Shown: positions 23,694 to 36,900 of the stretch, piece after piece
Position numbering within the stretch: the stretch's first letter is position 1
Layout of the letters: the number at the start of each line of letters is the position of its first letter
Assembly: GCA_037447605.1 (NCBI GenBank)
Contig: CM074821.1
Span: 1,178,001 to 1,242,000, forward strand
Direction: 5' to 3'
Origin: Zygnema circumcarinatum SAG 698-1b
Lineage: Eukaryota; Plantae; Zygnematophyceae
DNA length: 64,000 nt
The notes under the pieces: generated by a model
The model's database searches: none
The model's input: only the letters and a program-made list of their open reading frames with translations
What the model was told of the DNA's origin: nothing
Program-made: the position numbers and the translations under genes

Positions 23694-26600
23694 TCACAGG
23701 CGTCTCAACACTTCCACAGGCACAGAGAGGAAGGCCGCAGGCTTCCCCAGCTTGAGCTCAAATTCAGCGACTGCAGATGCCCCTCCCCTCCCCATCCCCT
23801 TCTCCCTCCCCATCGTAACTCCCTCGTCCGAGGAATCACCACCATCCAATCGCCCGTTTCCAGCATGCCCATTTACAACAGGCACGCCACCCTCCCACCG
23901 GCTGTACCCTCTCTCTTCCTCCCTCCCTCTCTCTTCCTCCCTCCCTCTCTCCCTCTCGCTATCTTCCCACTCCTCTGTCTCCCATCGCAGATCCATCGCC
24001 TCTTCCATGAAGCTCTGCAGCTCATCGGAGTGTTCCGCGGATCGTGTCCGCATAAGCGGTGTGTGTATTCGCTGCACTGTGATTGGTCGAAAAAGAGCTA
24101 TTCCCACAGGTTCATGCCAGGACTTTCCATCGCTCCCTAAAGTCACTTTTGCAGGCCTGTGTGAGATGAAGGACTTTTGTCCCCCCCCTCCTCCCCTCCC
24201 CTTCCCCCTTCCTGGCCAGCTTGCTCCATCTACCACTCTTCCAGAAGGGTTCCAATACACTTTTTGCTTCTCTTCAGAGCCAAACTTCCCAGAGTCCTCT
24301 GTCAGATCAACATACTGCTTGCCCAGAAACACATCGTCGGCTGACTTTCTCCTCCCTCCCGTCTCTCTCCCTGTCTCTCTGCCCATTTTCTCCTCCTCTG
24401 CTGCTAGCAGCTGTGACTTCTTCTCAAGCTTCCTCGTGAGAGCCTCCCTCTGTTCGATGATATCGACTGTCGCCTGTGTTAAGGGCACCACCGTGCCATC
24501 TCCCCGAAGAAGTCTAAGCCCCCCCTCTCTCCAATCATACAAATCCTCCTCAACCTCTACCTGCCTCACCACTTTGCTGCTTCCTTTCCTCCCACTCGGC
24601 CCACTCTCCTGATGCCCACTCGACTGTGTATGCTCAATTCTCTCTCCCACAGTGCCATCCCCCCTATTGTTTGCTCGAGATGCCCCTTCTCCCGATCTCC
24701 ACCTTCTCGCTTCACTCTCCTGCCTCCTTTCCTCTTTCGTTGCCGCCTCTTCTGACACCTCTCTTCCCTCATTCGGAAAGTTCGCAGGCTCTGCAAGAGT
24801 CTGCAAGTCTCCCGAGAATTTCGCTCTTGTTCCTGCCGCTCCTTTTGCAGCAGAATTCAAAACTGCCATGCTCTGCTTTATTTTTCTCGCCTGCTTTTCC
24901 GCTGCAAACTGTCCTTCTAACATAGGTCGACTGCGGTCTAAACTCGGATCCTGTGCTGCAGACTCCTCTACAGACCAGGAAACTTTCTGGCGGGAAGAGG
25001 GGGGACCCCCCTTGGAAGCAGAAGAAGCAGCTGCAGGAGGAGGAGGAGGAGGGAGGATGACCTCCTCCCCCTGCTGCATGTCTGAGCTTAGAGGAGAGAC
25101 ACGCACAGGACCCGGAAATGCTAAGTCCTTCAAACGGTTTCCTGGGCCTTCTGCACCATACCTCTTTCTCCTTGAATGTTTCTGAGCGGCATATTGCCCT
25201 TCAGAAATAGTCTGGCTGCGTTCCAAACTGGGCTCCAAACCGCTCTCATCGTCTTCCGCAATTGGGTATGTCGAAGTTAACGCTGCCGACTTCTTTCTCG
25301 GCAAAGTTCTCTTATCTACGGAAGCCCCTTGGCGGCTCTCTGTAGCAGAAAGTACCATCCGAACTGCACCTCTGCTTTCGTGCGAATCCTCCTTCAATTT
25401 GCCATGTGGCCCATTGGCATTTGAGACTCCACTCCCCGCTCCCAATTTCTTTCTCCTCGCCTGCTTCGACGCTGCAAACTGCCCCTCCGAAATACTCTCA
25501 CAGCGGTCTAAGCTGGGCTCCTCTTCTACGAAACTCCTACCAAATTCCCCCTTTTTTGCGCTCCTTCCTTCTTCAGGACCTCTCGACCTCACACGACTCT
25601 CCGGCACATTCATCCTGCTCCCATCTTCCGCTCTGTTATAAGACCCCCCACCTCCCCCTCCGAGTCGCTTCTTCCTCACTCTCTTCTGCGCTGCAAACTG
25701 ACCCTCTGAAATAGTCTGACTCCTATCCAAGCTCGGCACCCCCCCAATATCACTTTCTACATCCGAACGTCTCGACAAGTTTCCCCACCCTTCCTGCCCC
25801 CCTCCCTCCTCCTCTCCCTCCTCCAAACTCATCTTACTAAGAGCCGCTGCAGGCGGCCTTCTCCTCAATTGGAGCCGCGAGAATGCCGGCTCCTTGAAAG
25901 TAAAAAATGACCCCTCACTGCCTGTAACAGAATGCATGTCATGCTCAAGCCGTACAGTTCCTACAGAGTGCCGCAATCGACCAATCATGCGCTGCCAGCA
26001 AGTCAGCTCTCCGGGCCCGGGGCCCACTCCTGCCTCGAAATATAACTGCTGCCCAGAAGACTCCAAACTATCTGAAGAAGCCATTACAGGCTGTGAGCCC
26101 CTCATAATGCAGGGCTGCCTTTCTGCAGAAGCATCTCCCCATAAATGCGCACAGTTCAATTCAGCAGAAGAATTTGATTTAGTTCTCTCACAGCAGGAGA
26201 GCCGCGGGAGGATATGGCTCTGGTGAACTGCATAGGCTCGAGGGGGAGACTGCTGCGACTGCGAAGTCGCAGTGTCTGAGAACCGCAGCTTTTCCATAGA
26301 GCGTGGCTTTGAAACTTTCAGGCTTCCAGACTGCGGCCCCCCTCCATTCCGCCGCATCTCCTTGTCTCCAAATTTGCGCATCCAAGCCCTGTGAGCTTGT
26401 GCAATCACGGTCACAGCCAGCTGGCAGTCACCCGCGGTGCCGTCGAGCCCAAAATACACTTCAGGATCACCTGCTCCCACCGTTTATTAAGCAAATTAAA
26501 ACGTAATTCAGCATTTTCAGGAAAGAAAGCCTCAAGCCTCAAGCTAAGAAGCCCTAAGAATGCACCCTCCACAAGTGCCGAAGACGCCCCTGCCATCCCA

Positions 26601-27534
26601 TAAAGCCAGCCCCACTTGCAACAAAGCCCAAATATTAGGGCTAAAATAATATTAATATTATTAAGGCGTTTTTCTTACCAGACTGCTTCCACATGCACGT
26701 CCTTAGCCACTCCCACACATCTCCCAGAGCCTCCGGCATCTTCTCCTGAATGTCATCCACATTATTGAGCTCCCCAGCTATCGGATCATCTAGCGCAATG
26801 GCAATAACCTTCCAAGACAGCGTGGAGCCGCCATGGATTACTGCAAAAGCGGCAAGAGGCTTTGCCGCGTACACCTGCCCCGTTCTTGCAGGCCTCCCCC
26901 CTATGTCCAAAACCTCCAGAGGCAACCCGTCTTGCTGAACCCCGTCTGAAGCTCCCTGAGGGTCCGCCCATGTCTGCGGAAGCAGCCCCACGTGGCAGGG
27001 AGGGTTGGACGTGTAGTATGCGGGCCGGCCGGGCTGCTTGCTGAGCTTCAAGGGGGTGCAGGCCTCGTCCTTGGCGGCTTCGAAGATGAAGCCCGAGTCC
27101 CGGGGGGTCTTGCAGACCGCGTGAAGCGCACCGAGCTCCTCCGCATACAGGGAGATGCCGTGCCAAGGCGAGACCTCGCGGCAGCTGCGCCACTCGAATA
27201 TGCGCGCGCGGTAGCTCAGGCTGCCGGGCTTGCCGGACTCCACGATCTGGTAGGAGGGGAGCTCGGGGATGGGGGAGAGGAGGGGGGAGGGGGAGGAGGC
27301 GCGCGGCTTGGAGGGCTTCGAGAGGGACTCAGGGGAGGGAGAGGGGGGGGCGAGGAGGGGCCCGCCCTCCATGGCGGAGAGGGAGGAGGGAGGGAGGGAG
27401 GGAGGAAGGAGGGCAGGGAGGGAGAGAGTAGGGGGGGAGGGGGAAGGAGCGTTGATTGAGGATCCACTGAAGGGATCGGATCCACCTAATTTTGGATCAA
27501 CTGGCGGTGGAATCGAGTGGTGATCTGGGGCCAC
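23694..27534 (-). CDS. Two-exon gene: degenerate family-I inorganic pyrophosphatase domain plus ~885-aa low-complexity tail with four internal repeats
   Basis: Exon 1 27534 (or 27372) to 26679, phase-1 intron 26678-26471 (GTAAG...GAGCAG), exon 2 26470-23694. The PPase-like sequence (SPWHG, GLLPQTWADP, WKVIAI, DDP) continues across the junction as GDPEVYFGL...AVTVIAQAHRAW. Confidence 0.85.
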
Positions 27535-29214
27535 ACGTCCGGGGCTCAGCGGGCGTCGGCGAGCCCGGAGGAGCCCGGCAGATGCGACATGGGTCTAGTA
27601 AGACAAACAAGTACGAATAGACGTACGGCCTGCTTTTTAGCTTGTCATGTAGTGAGGGACTTGTCGGCGGGGACGGGATCCAGATGGGCCATGCCAGCTG
27701 GATTAGTACCGATTAGAGATTCGGGTGGGCCATGACAGCTGGATTCGTACTTTCTTGTCCTCCTAAAAAGGAGCTGAGGCAATCAGAGACAGGCTTGACG
27801 CGTGCAAAGAATCTAGGTTTTTGATGTTTTTCATGAGTAATAAATGTCAAGATTCTGAAAAGCGCCATGTTCGGACCACCAGAGCCCGCCGTACAGAGAT
27901 GAACAGTGCCGTACATAAATGTGTACGATACGTACGGACCAATCCCGGGGCGCGAAATGTTCGCTTAATTATTGTTGCCCGAAAAGGACCGATCGAAGTT
28001 TGACCGGAAATTTGGAAGCCGACGTGGCCGTATAGGCGATCCTACGTGGCGTAATTAAACCAATCAAAGTATGCCACGCGCAGAATTGTGCCAGCGTGAC
28101 AATGTCGTCAATGGACAACCACAACATTGTCGAGCATGTCCTAATTCTGATTGGCCTCGTCCTTGACGCTTTTTATACACGTGGCAGGTTTCCATTGGAC
28201 GGCATCTGGTCAAAGTTGGTGGCCGACCAGTAGCCGTACAATATTTCGGTTCTTGACAAGTCACAATTTTTGCCGGTCGGCGCCAAAGTTACCGTACATA
28301 ATTATACGACAAATCCCGCCCTTCCCACCAACTGTAGCCGGCCACCGGCAGTGGAAGTAACCGGCCGCCTGGGCCAGCTGGCGAGTTGCAGTCAGCGGCC
28401 GGCAGGTCACGCTCAAATGATTGCGCGCGGCTGCCGGCCGGCAGCGCCTGGCCGGCGCGGCTGGCCTGGGCCTGAGCGGCACCGACAGGGCGGCCGTGCC
28501 ACCTTGCGGCCCTGAGGCTGTGCCACGTGGCGGCCAGTGACGCCTGCATCGTGGGCGCCACGTGGAGCCTGGCGGCGGCCGGGGGAGGGAGGGGCGGCCG
28601 CGCACGGCGGCCTGACGAGGGCAGTTCTGCGTTGGGGCTGATGGGGGGCCGTACGGTAAGTCCGTACGGTACGAAATGGGAGAGCCGTACAACAGTGGGC
28701 GCCATCGAGCGACCCATGCGGCCATTGGCCATGGCCATGCACCTCGTTCATGTGCACATGTCACCATGGGAAGTGGCTCTAGGGAATGCTTGCACGTATG
28801 GGAAGGTTGGGGCAGGAGGGCGTGTCAGACTTTGACATTGCGCGGCGGGATTCATGCAACACCATTACTGTTGGATGGATCTGACTCGCCCGTCTAAACT
28901 TGCTAGGAGAGCATGTACCAACTCGTTTTGAACCGACATGTTCGGAAAATGTAGAAGCTAGGACACGCCCTACATGACAAACAAATTGGCATTGTCCTTG
29001 CGATGACGATGCTATGAAAATGGACATGCACAACAACAACATCATGTTGAACCAAGATTAGCCGCTAGCAAGGTTTGAACCACGCCTTATGGGCAAAGGT
29101 ACTATGAACATGGGATGAGTGGCGGACACCATCATGTCATCAAGCCAATCCATCATACGTGCCATGGGTCGGCCGAGCATCCATGGTGCCCATTATTACC
29201 ATACATTGACCACG

Positions 29215-29292
29215 ACCTGACCATGCCCATGACCTGACCATGCCCATGACCTGACCATGACTATGCCCATGATCATGACCTGACCATGCCTA
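29215..29292. repeat. Short tandem repeat with ~17-bp unit (ccatgcccatgacctga)
   Basis: Directly visible just upstream of SHPRH. Confidence 0.85.
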
Positions 29293-29360
29293 TGACCATG
29301 ACCATGAGAGCTTGGAGCAGGAACGAGCCTGGCGGAGCATTTCCTCAGATAACTGGCGTC

Positions 29361-30906
29361 ATGGGCGGGAGGAAGCAGGCGGCCCCTCAGCGCAGCCATG
29401 GCGGCCTCAGCCATGGCCACTCAGGCCCCACACCGCAGCTGGCAGCTCCAGAAGTTCCGTCTGCTCAGCTCTCGCCTTCTGGAAATCGCCGGGGGGAGAC
29501 CAAACATGGCGACCATGGCGACAAGTCTGACGAAACCGCGCAGGATTTGGAGAGCTCCAGAAATTTTAGGGTGTGGAGCGTTGTGGAATTTTCTGCTAAC
29601 GTTGAAGAAGGAGAAGGAGAAGGATTTCAAGTGGCTGAGATAACAGAGCTTGTTGCTGTTCCTGGAGGAAGAGCTGCGGGAGAGGGAGAGGGCGGAGAGA
29701 GTGAGACTACGGGAGAGAGGGCGTCACCTCAAGGGGGACTGCTTCAGGATTCGCCACTGCTTCTTCGACTATGGCTCGCAAAAGCAAAAAAAACTGTGAG
29801 TAAGCGCTTTTCAAGGCGGACCGAGGATTTGCTACTTGAGATACTTCCCAGCTCAAAAGAAACAATAAAAAAGGAGTTCACGGAACCGGAATGCGGAAGG
29901 TCTGCGCTGTTTTTTGGACGAATAAACGGTTCAGATGAAGAGGTTGCAGCATTAGGGGAGCTGATCCTGGAGAAGAGGGTAATCCTAAAAGTAGTGAGTA
30001 GAAGCAGCAGCAGCTTCCAAACACAGCCCCCTGAAAGCAGCAATGCGACATCCTTCTCTCTGTTAGTCACTATTACTCCTCTTGCGTTATCGGACTCCCC
30101 TGAGCACCCGTTCAGTGCAGCACAGCTGGCTTTACACAAATATATGGCCACACTCATAACTTGGCTCCGCCCAGAACATGCAGCGGAGGCGGTGCTAAAC
30201 ACGCCGACGTCAAATGTTATGGTTGCAAATAAAGTGGCATTTGAAAAAGGTGCAGCTGATGATGGTGGTACGGAGGAGTCGGAGGTTCTGGAATCAAGTC
30301 ACGTTGGGGAGCAGGAAACGCCTGCATGCTCTCGACTTCGAGTCCCGAACGACATCGGGAGGGAGAAGGCCAACGAAGGAGACTTTGATCCTGAGGAGCT
30401 TTACGCAGCGGTGAAGCCGACGGGGTGCGTTTTTAGAAATGCTCAGTGCGGAGATGCAGTGTTTTAGTAGACGTAATTGAGTCCGGGAGAGAAGCAAACC
30501 TGTAGCTATTTTCTTTATATTGGGATGATTCGGTTCGTCAATGCCAGAAGGACTTTCTTCACTTTAGTGCAAGAGAAAATTTGAAACAGTACTACGCTAC
30601 TTTAAAGTAAGAATTGACCCAAGCGAATGTTTGACGGCATCACAGGATGCACAAGTTCTCGTCCACCAGCTCTTGACTTTAAAGTGCTCTGCCGGTTTTA
30701 AGGATCGTTTTTCCTTTTTATATCAATCACATGCTGTTACTATAGTAACAGCAGACTAGCATATTCCTCCGTTTTCAGGTCGTTTTTTCTAGTTTGGCTT
30801 GGCTGCTTGCCCACGACTGAACTTTTCCTTAAATTTTGTTTTTTCATTTTCTTTCGAAGGTTATAACGTGTCTATTCGATACGATCAAGTCCCACTAGAC
30901 ATACAT

Positions 30907-30979
<73 letters not shown>

Positions 30980-33900
30980 TTTATACGTTTTTTCTAGCTT
31001 CAAGAACCTTCGTATCCCCGCGTAGAGTCCCAACATTTGGCAAAATGCTGAGCATGCGTCTGACGGGGTGGCAGGCAGGAGGAGCAGCTGGAGGGGAGTC
31101 TCCCGGAGCTGCTGCCTGAGCTGCGCCCCTATCAGCGCAGGGCAGCACTCTGGATGCTGCAAAGGGAGGGTCGGAGGCATCTCCTACATCGCTCTCCTGC
31201 ACTGAGCGCTGATAGTGATGTTTCAAGTATTAAAGACGAGGAAGTTCAACTTGGCGAACGCGGCTTAATGGATGAAAAAGTGCACTATCTTTGGAGGAAA
31301 ATGTGTTCCTTGGAGGGAGGCCAACAAGTGCTGTACAACCCTTTTACGTAAGCTCTGTTCCTTTTTCGCACGTTGAACCTGAATCATGACTTTGTTACAC
31401 GGAGGGTTTGCAACTTTGGCTGTGCTTATGTAAAGCACACCGTCTATTCATTAGTAGCTAGTCTGCTGGTTTGATGGTGTCTGTTCAGAGGCCGATTTTC
31501 AGTAAACACTTTTGAACCTTTGGAGGATGTTCGAGGAGGCATTTTAGCTGACGAGATGGGCCTTGGGAAGACTGTGGAGCTGCTCGCCTGCATTGTGGCC
31601 CATCGCCGAGGGGGGCCCCCTGTGGCAGCAGCGGAGGCGAGGGAGAGAGTGGAGAGGTTGCTGAGAGAGAGGAGGAGGGAGAGGGTTGGGTGCCCGTGTG
31701 GGACTGAGGAGAGTGGAGGAGAGCGGCAGGCTGCTGACCTATGGGTTCAGTGTGACTCCTGCCTTGCATGGCAGCATGCGGCATGCGTGGGGTACAGACC
31801 TGCTTCAAAGAATATGAAAGATACTAGCTGTAAATATGAACTCAAAGTTGGCAGCTCTTGTTTGAAGGAAGTTGAATTAGACCAAGGTAAGGTGCAGGAA
31901 AAGGAGTTGTGTGCTGATGGTGCTGTAGGAGGAGGCTGCAAAGTTGGGCTGGAGACTGACCTGAGGTCAGAGGAAGAATGCGTAGATAGTACTAAGGTCC
32001 GGGAATACACCCCATCAACGAAATCCAAACGGAGAGCAATCAAGGTGGTAGGGACGGGAAGTGGGGGAGAAGTGAGGGAGAGTGGGAGGCCGCAGAAGAG
32101 GAAGAGAGAAGCGTCTGCAGCAGCAGACGCGAGCTCAAGCAGTAAGAGAAAGGGTGTTCCTCGGGTCTTGGAAGGAGGTGAAGTGAGGGAGGAGACGCCA
32201 ATGGCTGAGGCTGAGGAAGATGGAGGTGAAAGATTTATGTGTGGAGAGTGCTCTCAGATTGTGGGAGGCACGAAGGTAGAAGGGGAGTGTGGAGCCACCT
32301 TGGTGGTTTGCCCTGCTGCAATTCTGCAGCAGTGGCAGGACGAGATTCTCAGGTACAATGCTCCTAGACACAGAGAGTGAAGATTTATCTTGTGTTGATG
32401 TTAAGGCTTTGAACCCCTCTCAAAGTCAATGAAGAAAACAGAGGATGGGAAGGGGGTTTTGGCCTGCAGGCAAGTTCGACCTGGGGCACTGCGAGTGGTG
32501 GTGTACCACGGGGTTCAGACAGGCTGGTCGATCATATCCGCACGGAGCGGTAGCGGCAGCGGGAGAGAAGGGGGCAGAGAGGAGGAGGAGAGAGGAGCTG
32601 CTTTAGTGGGAGCTTACGACCTAGCAGGGGCAGACATTGTTCTCACAACCTACGATACTTTGCGCACTGACCTTGCACACGACTGTCAACAGGCAGAAGC
32701 CCGGAACATGCGCTTCCAGAAAAGGTTCATACTTCTTCCAAAACCCTAACAGTTCGAATCCCTCGAAACCTTAGATCCCTTCTAGTTCGTCACCCCTTCT
32801 ATTGCGTCTCAACACTTCACTGCGCTTCAATATGAAGACTTTGCTCTTCAACATGAAACCTTTGCTCTTCAATATGAAGACTATGCTCTTCAACATGAAA
32901 CCTTTGCTCTTCAATATGAAGACTATGCTCTTCAACATGAAACCTTTGCTCTTCAATATGAAGACTATGCTCTTCAACATGAAACCTTTGCTCTTCAATA
33001 TGAAGACTATGCTCTTCAACATGAAACCTTGGCACTTCAATACGAAGACTATGCTCTTCAACTTGAAACCTTTGCACTTCAATACGAAGACTATGCACTT
33101 CAACATGAAACCTTTGCTCTTCAATACGAAAACTATGAAATGCGGTGGTTCTGAGTATGAATGTGTGGGAGGGGGTGCAGGTATCATGTGGTGCCCTCAC
33201 CCTTAACAAGGCTGTGCTGGTGGAGGGTGTGTTTGGATGAAGCGCAGCTTGTAGAGCGATCGACAGCAAGAGCTGCAGAGATGGCTCTCCGCCTCTCAGC
33301 TGTAAACAGATGGTGTATTAGTGGAACGCCCCTTCAAAGGGGATTGGATGATCTCTATGGGCTGCTCTCCTTTCTGAGGGCGGAGCCTTTCTGTCACCGA
33401 CATTGGTGGACACGTGTCCTGCACCGCCCCTATCAGGTGAGCTATTATAGAAATGCTGGAGAGAATATGCGAGAATGTTGACGACTTGGGAGGGGAAGAA
33501 TGGGAGAATCTGCCTTGCAGACACCCGCAGTTCTAAGGGCAGTATTTCCGAAGTCTTGTTGTGATTTGAAGATTTCTGAAGTTTAAGACTTGGAAACCCT
33601 TCAACTTTATAAAAATTGAAATCAGCTTGAGGACGACAAAAACCTGCTATCGTTGGTATCTTCAGAAATTTTGTAACCCAAATCCATGCAACCCTAACCC
33701 TGAACCATCTGCACTGCCCCCCTTCTTCCAAAGTTTTGCCCCTCCCCTGCCCGTCTTAATGCATTTCAAACTCCAAGGAGTTTTCTTGCTGAAATGTATG
33801 ATTGTTTATGCTGCTGCAGGAGGGTGCTCTGGGTGCTAAGGAGTGCATGCACTCCTTCCTACGAGCCCTCATGTGGCGACATTCAAAGGCAGATGTTGCC

Positions 33901-36900
33901 TCTGAGCTTAACCTCCCCCCTCAGCAGGTCTTACTCTCCAGACTCCACTTCTCTCCCGTAGAAGCTCACTTCTATGGTCGCCAGCATCAAGCCTGCGCAT
34001 CGACAGCACAAGAGATCATTTCACGGCATATGCGATCGAAGCTTAAGTTTTCCCAAAAGCATGAAAAAGCACTTCAATTTGAGGAAACTCCTGTGAAAGT
34101 GAATCACGGGGATGAGAGCGAATGCAGGTCCTTAGTCACTGCAGTTTCGAACACGGAGTCGACCAAAAAGTCTGGGGAAAGTATCGGTATGAGAAAGAGT
34201 TTGGAGCAATCTGCTCTCTCTCATTCAGAACTTGCAAAGCTGGCAGGGCCCCTTTTGAGACTTCGGCAAGCATGCTGTCACCCTCAGGTTGGAATGGCAG
34301 GGCTCCGTTCTCTGCAAACAGGTCGGCAACCTATGAGCATGGATGAGGTTCTGCAGGTAAGCCCTTTGAAGATTGGGGATAGGAGGATTAGAGTTTCAAT
34401 GATTCAAGGACAGTAAGAAGAAGAAACTATCTTTGGGTTTCCTTAAATAATGTATCGGTCGTTTTCTGCGTGTTTTTCTATGCATGATTTGTGAAGGTGC
34501 TGATAGACAAGGCGCGACTGGAAGCAGAAGAAGCCCAACGGCTGCTTATAAGTGCTTTGAATGGGCTTGCGGCTTTGGCGGCACTTGAAGGGTCAAAATT
34601 GCAAGCAGTGGAATGCTATCGGGAAGCAATTCGAATAGCAGAGGAAAATTCTGCTGAGTTTAGATCAGACCCTTTGCAGAAGCTGCACACTCTGCACAAC
34701 TTAGCCCTACAGCTCGGCCTCAATCCCTCTTATAACCCTGAAAATTCAACAGGAAAAAATAGAGGTGTTTCAGAGGAGGGGCAGGATGCTAGTTGCTTGC
34801 ATGAAGGAGAATTAGAGAAGGAGTTAGACAAGAATTTGAATAAGGAGGTTAAGGGAATAGAGAGGTGGGGAGTGGCACGGACTCTTCGAGATGAGCTGCT
34901 TGTACAACAGTGTATAGAAATTCGAGAAAAATATATGGGGCCTTTCCATGCCAAGCTCGCTGCTGCTCAGAAAGAGTTCGAGCGTCTCAACAAACAGGTG
35001 CAACTTTTACCCCTGTCTGCTTCAATCTAAGTTTAGGGAAAAAAATGTGAAGTGGGAAATGAATGGGGGAGCACCAAAACAAAACAAAGCTCCCTCCCTT
35101 ACCCCCTACTCCTCTCTCTTGCCCTCCCTATTCTTTTTCATTTTTGAAAAATGCATGCGCAGATGCGTGAGGCTGAAGCAGCAGTGAAACGACAAGATGG
35201 GGTCTCTCCTTGGTGGCTTTCTGCCTTAGCCATAGCGGCTAAAGGAGCTGATGGAGGGAGAGATCTTGCCTCCCGTTTGAAAGGCTCTCTCTTAGAGACA
35301 GGCCACCTTGGAGCAGGCCATCAAAATGCTTCCAGTATAGCACTCCGGTAAACCATTTAACCCCTTCAATTCCTTCAATGGCTCCAAATTTCTTACCACT
35401 TCAAACCCTTCAATGGTTCCAAAGTCCTAACTTACCCCTAATTACCCTAAAAACCCTAAAAACCCTAATTACACCCACTTATCAGAGGGAGAAGGGAGGG
35501 TGGGAGGGCAGGTTCGATACTATCCATGGCCTCCAGTTGGTCTTGCAGAGGGAGCTGCAAGCCATAGAAAAAGGGAGAGCAGCAGTGCTTAGTTCTTTGA
35601 GCTTATTGGCGAAAAAGGTGGATCAGCAGGATGCTATTGCAGTGGAGGAAATTGCAAATTGCAGAGTCTGCGATTCCAATATGAAAGGCCCCCCTTGTGA
35701 GCACTGCCGCCTGCAAGAGCTTTTTGAGGTAAGAAATGAAGGGGCCCTGCTAATCTTGTTGAGTTTCTGCTTTACTTGTTTACCTGTGTTTGGCTAGAAG
35801 TGGGGTTGGGTCTTGTTTGCAGGCAAAAGTGCTCTCAATTCGCCTTCTTTTTGTAATGTTTGTTTTTTTTTATCAAATATGTTTTTGGGGTGTGTGGTTA
35901 TTGCCCAGCACTACGAAGCTCGACTGTTTCTGTTGAGAACTACGGCTGCAGAGAGAGGGACTCTTGTGTCGGCTTCTGAGGCAGTACGGGCACAACAGAA
36001 ACGTGATGGGGGAGCCTTAAATTCCGCTCGCCGGAATGTGGGATCAACTGGTGTTTCCTCAGTACAAGTAAAACCGAAAAACTCTAAAATATCTTAGAAA
36101 AAAGTCAATATTTCATCGGGGGGGGGGGGGGGGNNNNNNNNNNGGGGGGGGGGAGTGGGGGGAAACCCAGATTTCTGAAATGGCTAAAGAGCATGAATTC
36201 TCTTGCCGAATATGTGAAATTTCTATCTGTGCTGAAGATTTGAGAGGACATTTTGCAATGGGGGAGGGGACAGGTTACTTGGGCACCCTCAGAGACGGAG
36301 AGGCTCCTACGATTGCTTTCTGGGAGTCTGCGCTTGCTACCAGGAGGGAGGGGAGAGGGAGAGAGAGAAGGAGAGAGTCTCGCAGCGGCAGCCAAGAGAC
36401 ATCTGGATGTGTGCGAGGTGGGAGAGAGAGAGAAGCTGTGGATGCCTGAAACTTTGGGAGAACTTTGTTTGAACTTTGTTTGTTTGTTTGCCCCTCTTCA
36501 ATGTGGCTTTGGCAGTTCATTTGTTGATTTGGGTGAAGGAAGGAACCGATTTGATTGCAATGTTTCTTCTGTGAATGCGAGAAATAGAGCTTATCTACTA
36601 AAACGAAGCGACTACTACTACTACCGCTACTGTTACTGCTATTGCTACTATTACTACTATTATTACTATTACTATTACTATTGCTATTGCTGTTGCTGCT
36701 GTTGCCACTCTTTAAAGGGATTATGTATATATTTTACCATGCAGGCAATGCGGCGAGAATTTGGAGCTGCTCGAGCTCAAGCAGAGGCTCAGCGACAAGT
36801 CTTGAGGGCTTTGGATGAACTGCACATGGCCACCACGAGACTCCGTCTGCTCTGTCCCGAGGAGGAGGAGGGAGAGAGTGGGAGAGGGAGAGGGAGAGGA

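Noticed and set aside
23752-25714. Long plus-strand ORFs (286 aa, 177 aa and others)
   Set aside because: Antisense shadows of the 928-aa coding exon.
32771-33269. ORFs with perfect 14-aa repeats (FNMKTMLFNMKPLL; HVEEHSLHIEEQRF)
   Set aside because: Translations of an intronic minisatellite; SHPRH motifs join across the intron. Not CRISPR either, as there are no unique spacers.
36600-36712. Poly-Tyr/Cys stretch in the 294-aa ORF
   Set aside because: Compound (TAC/TAT/TGC)n microsatellite inside a SHPRH intron.
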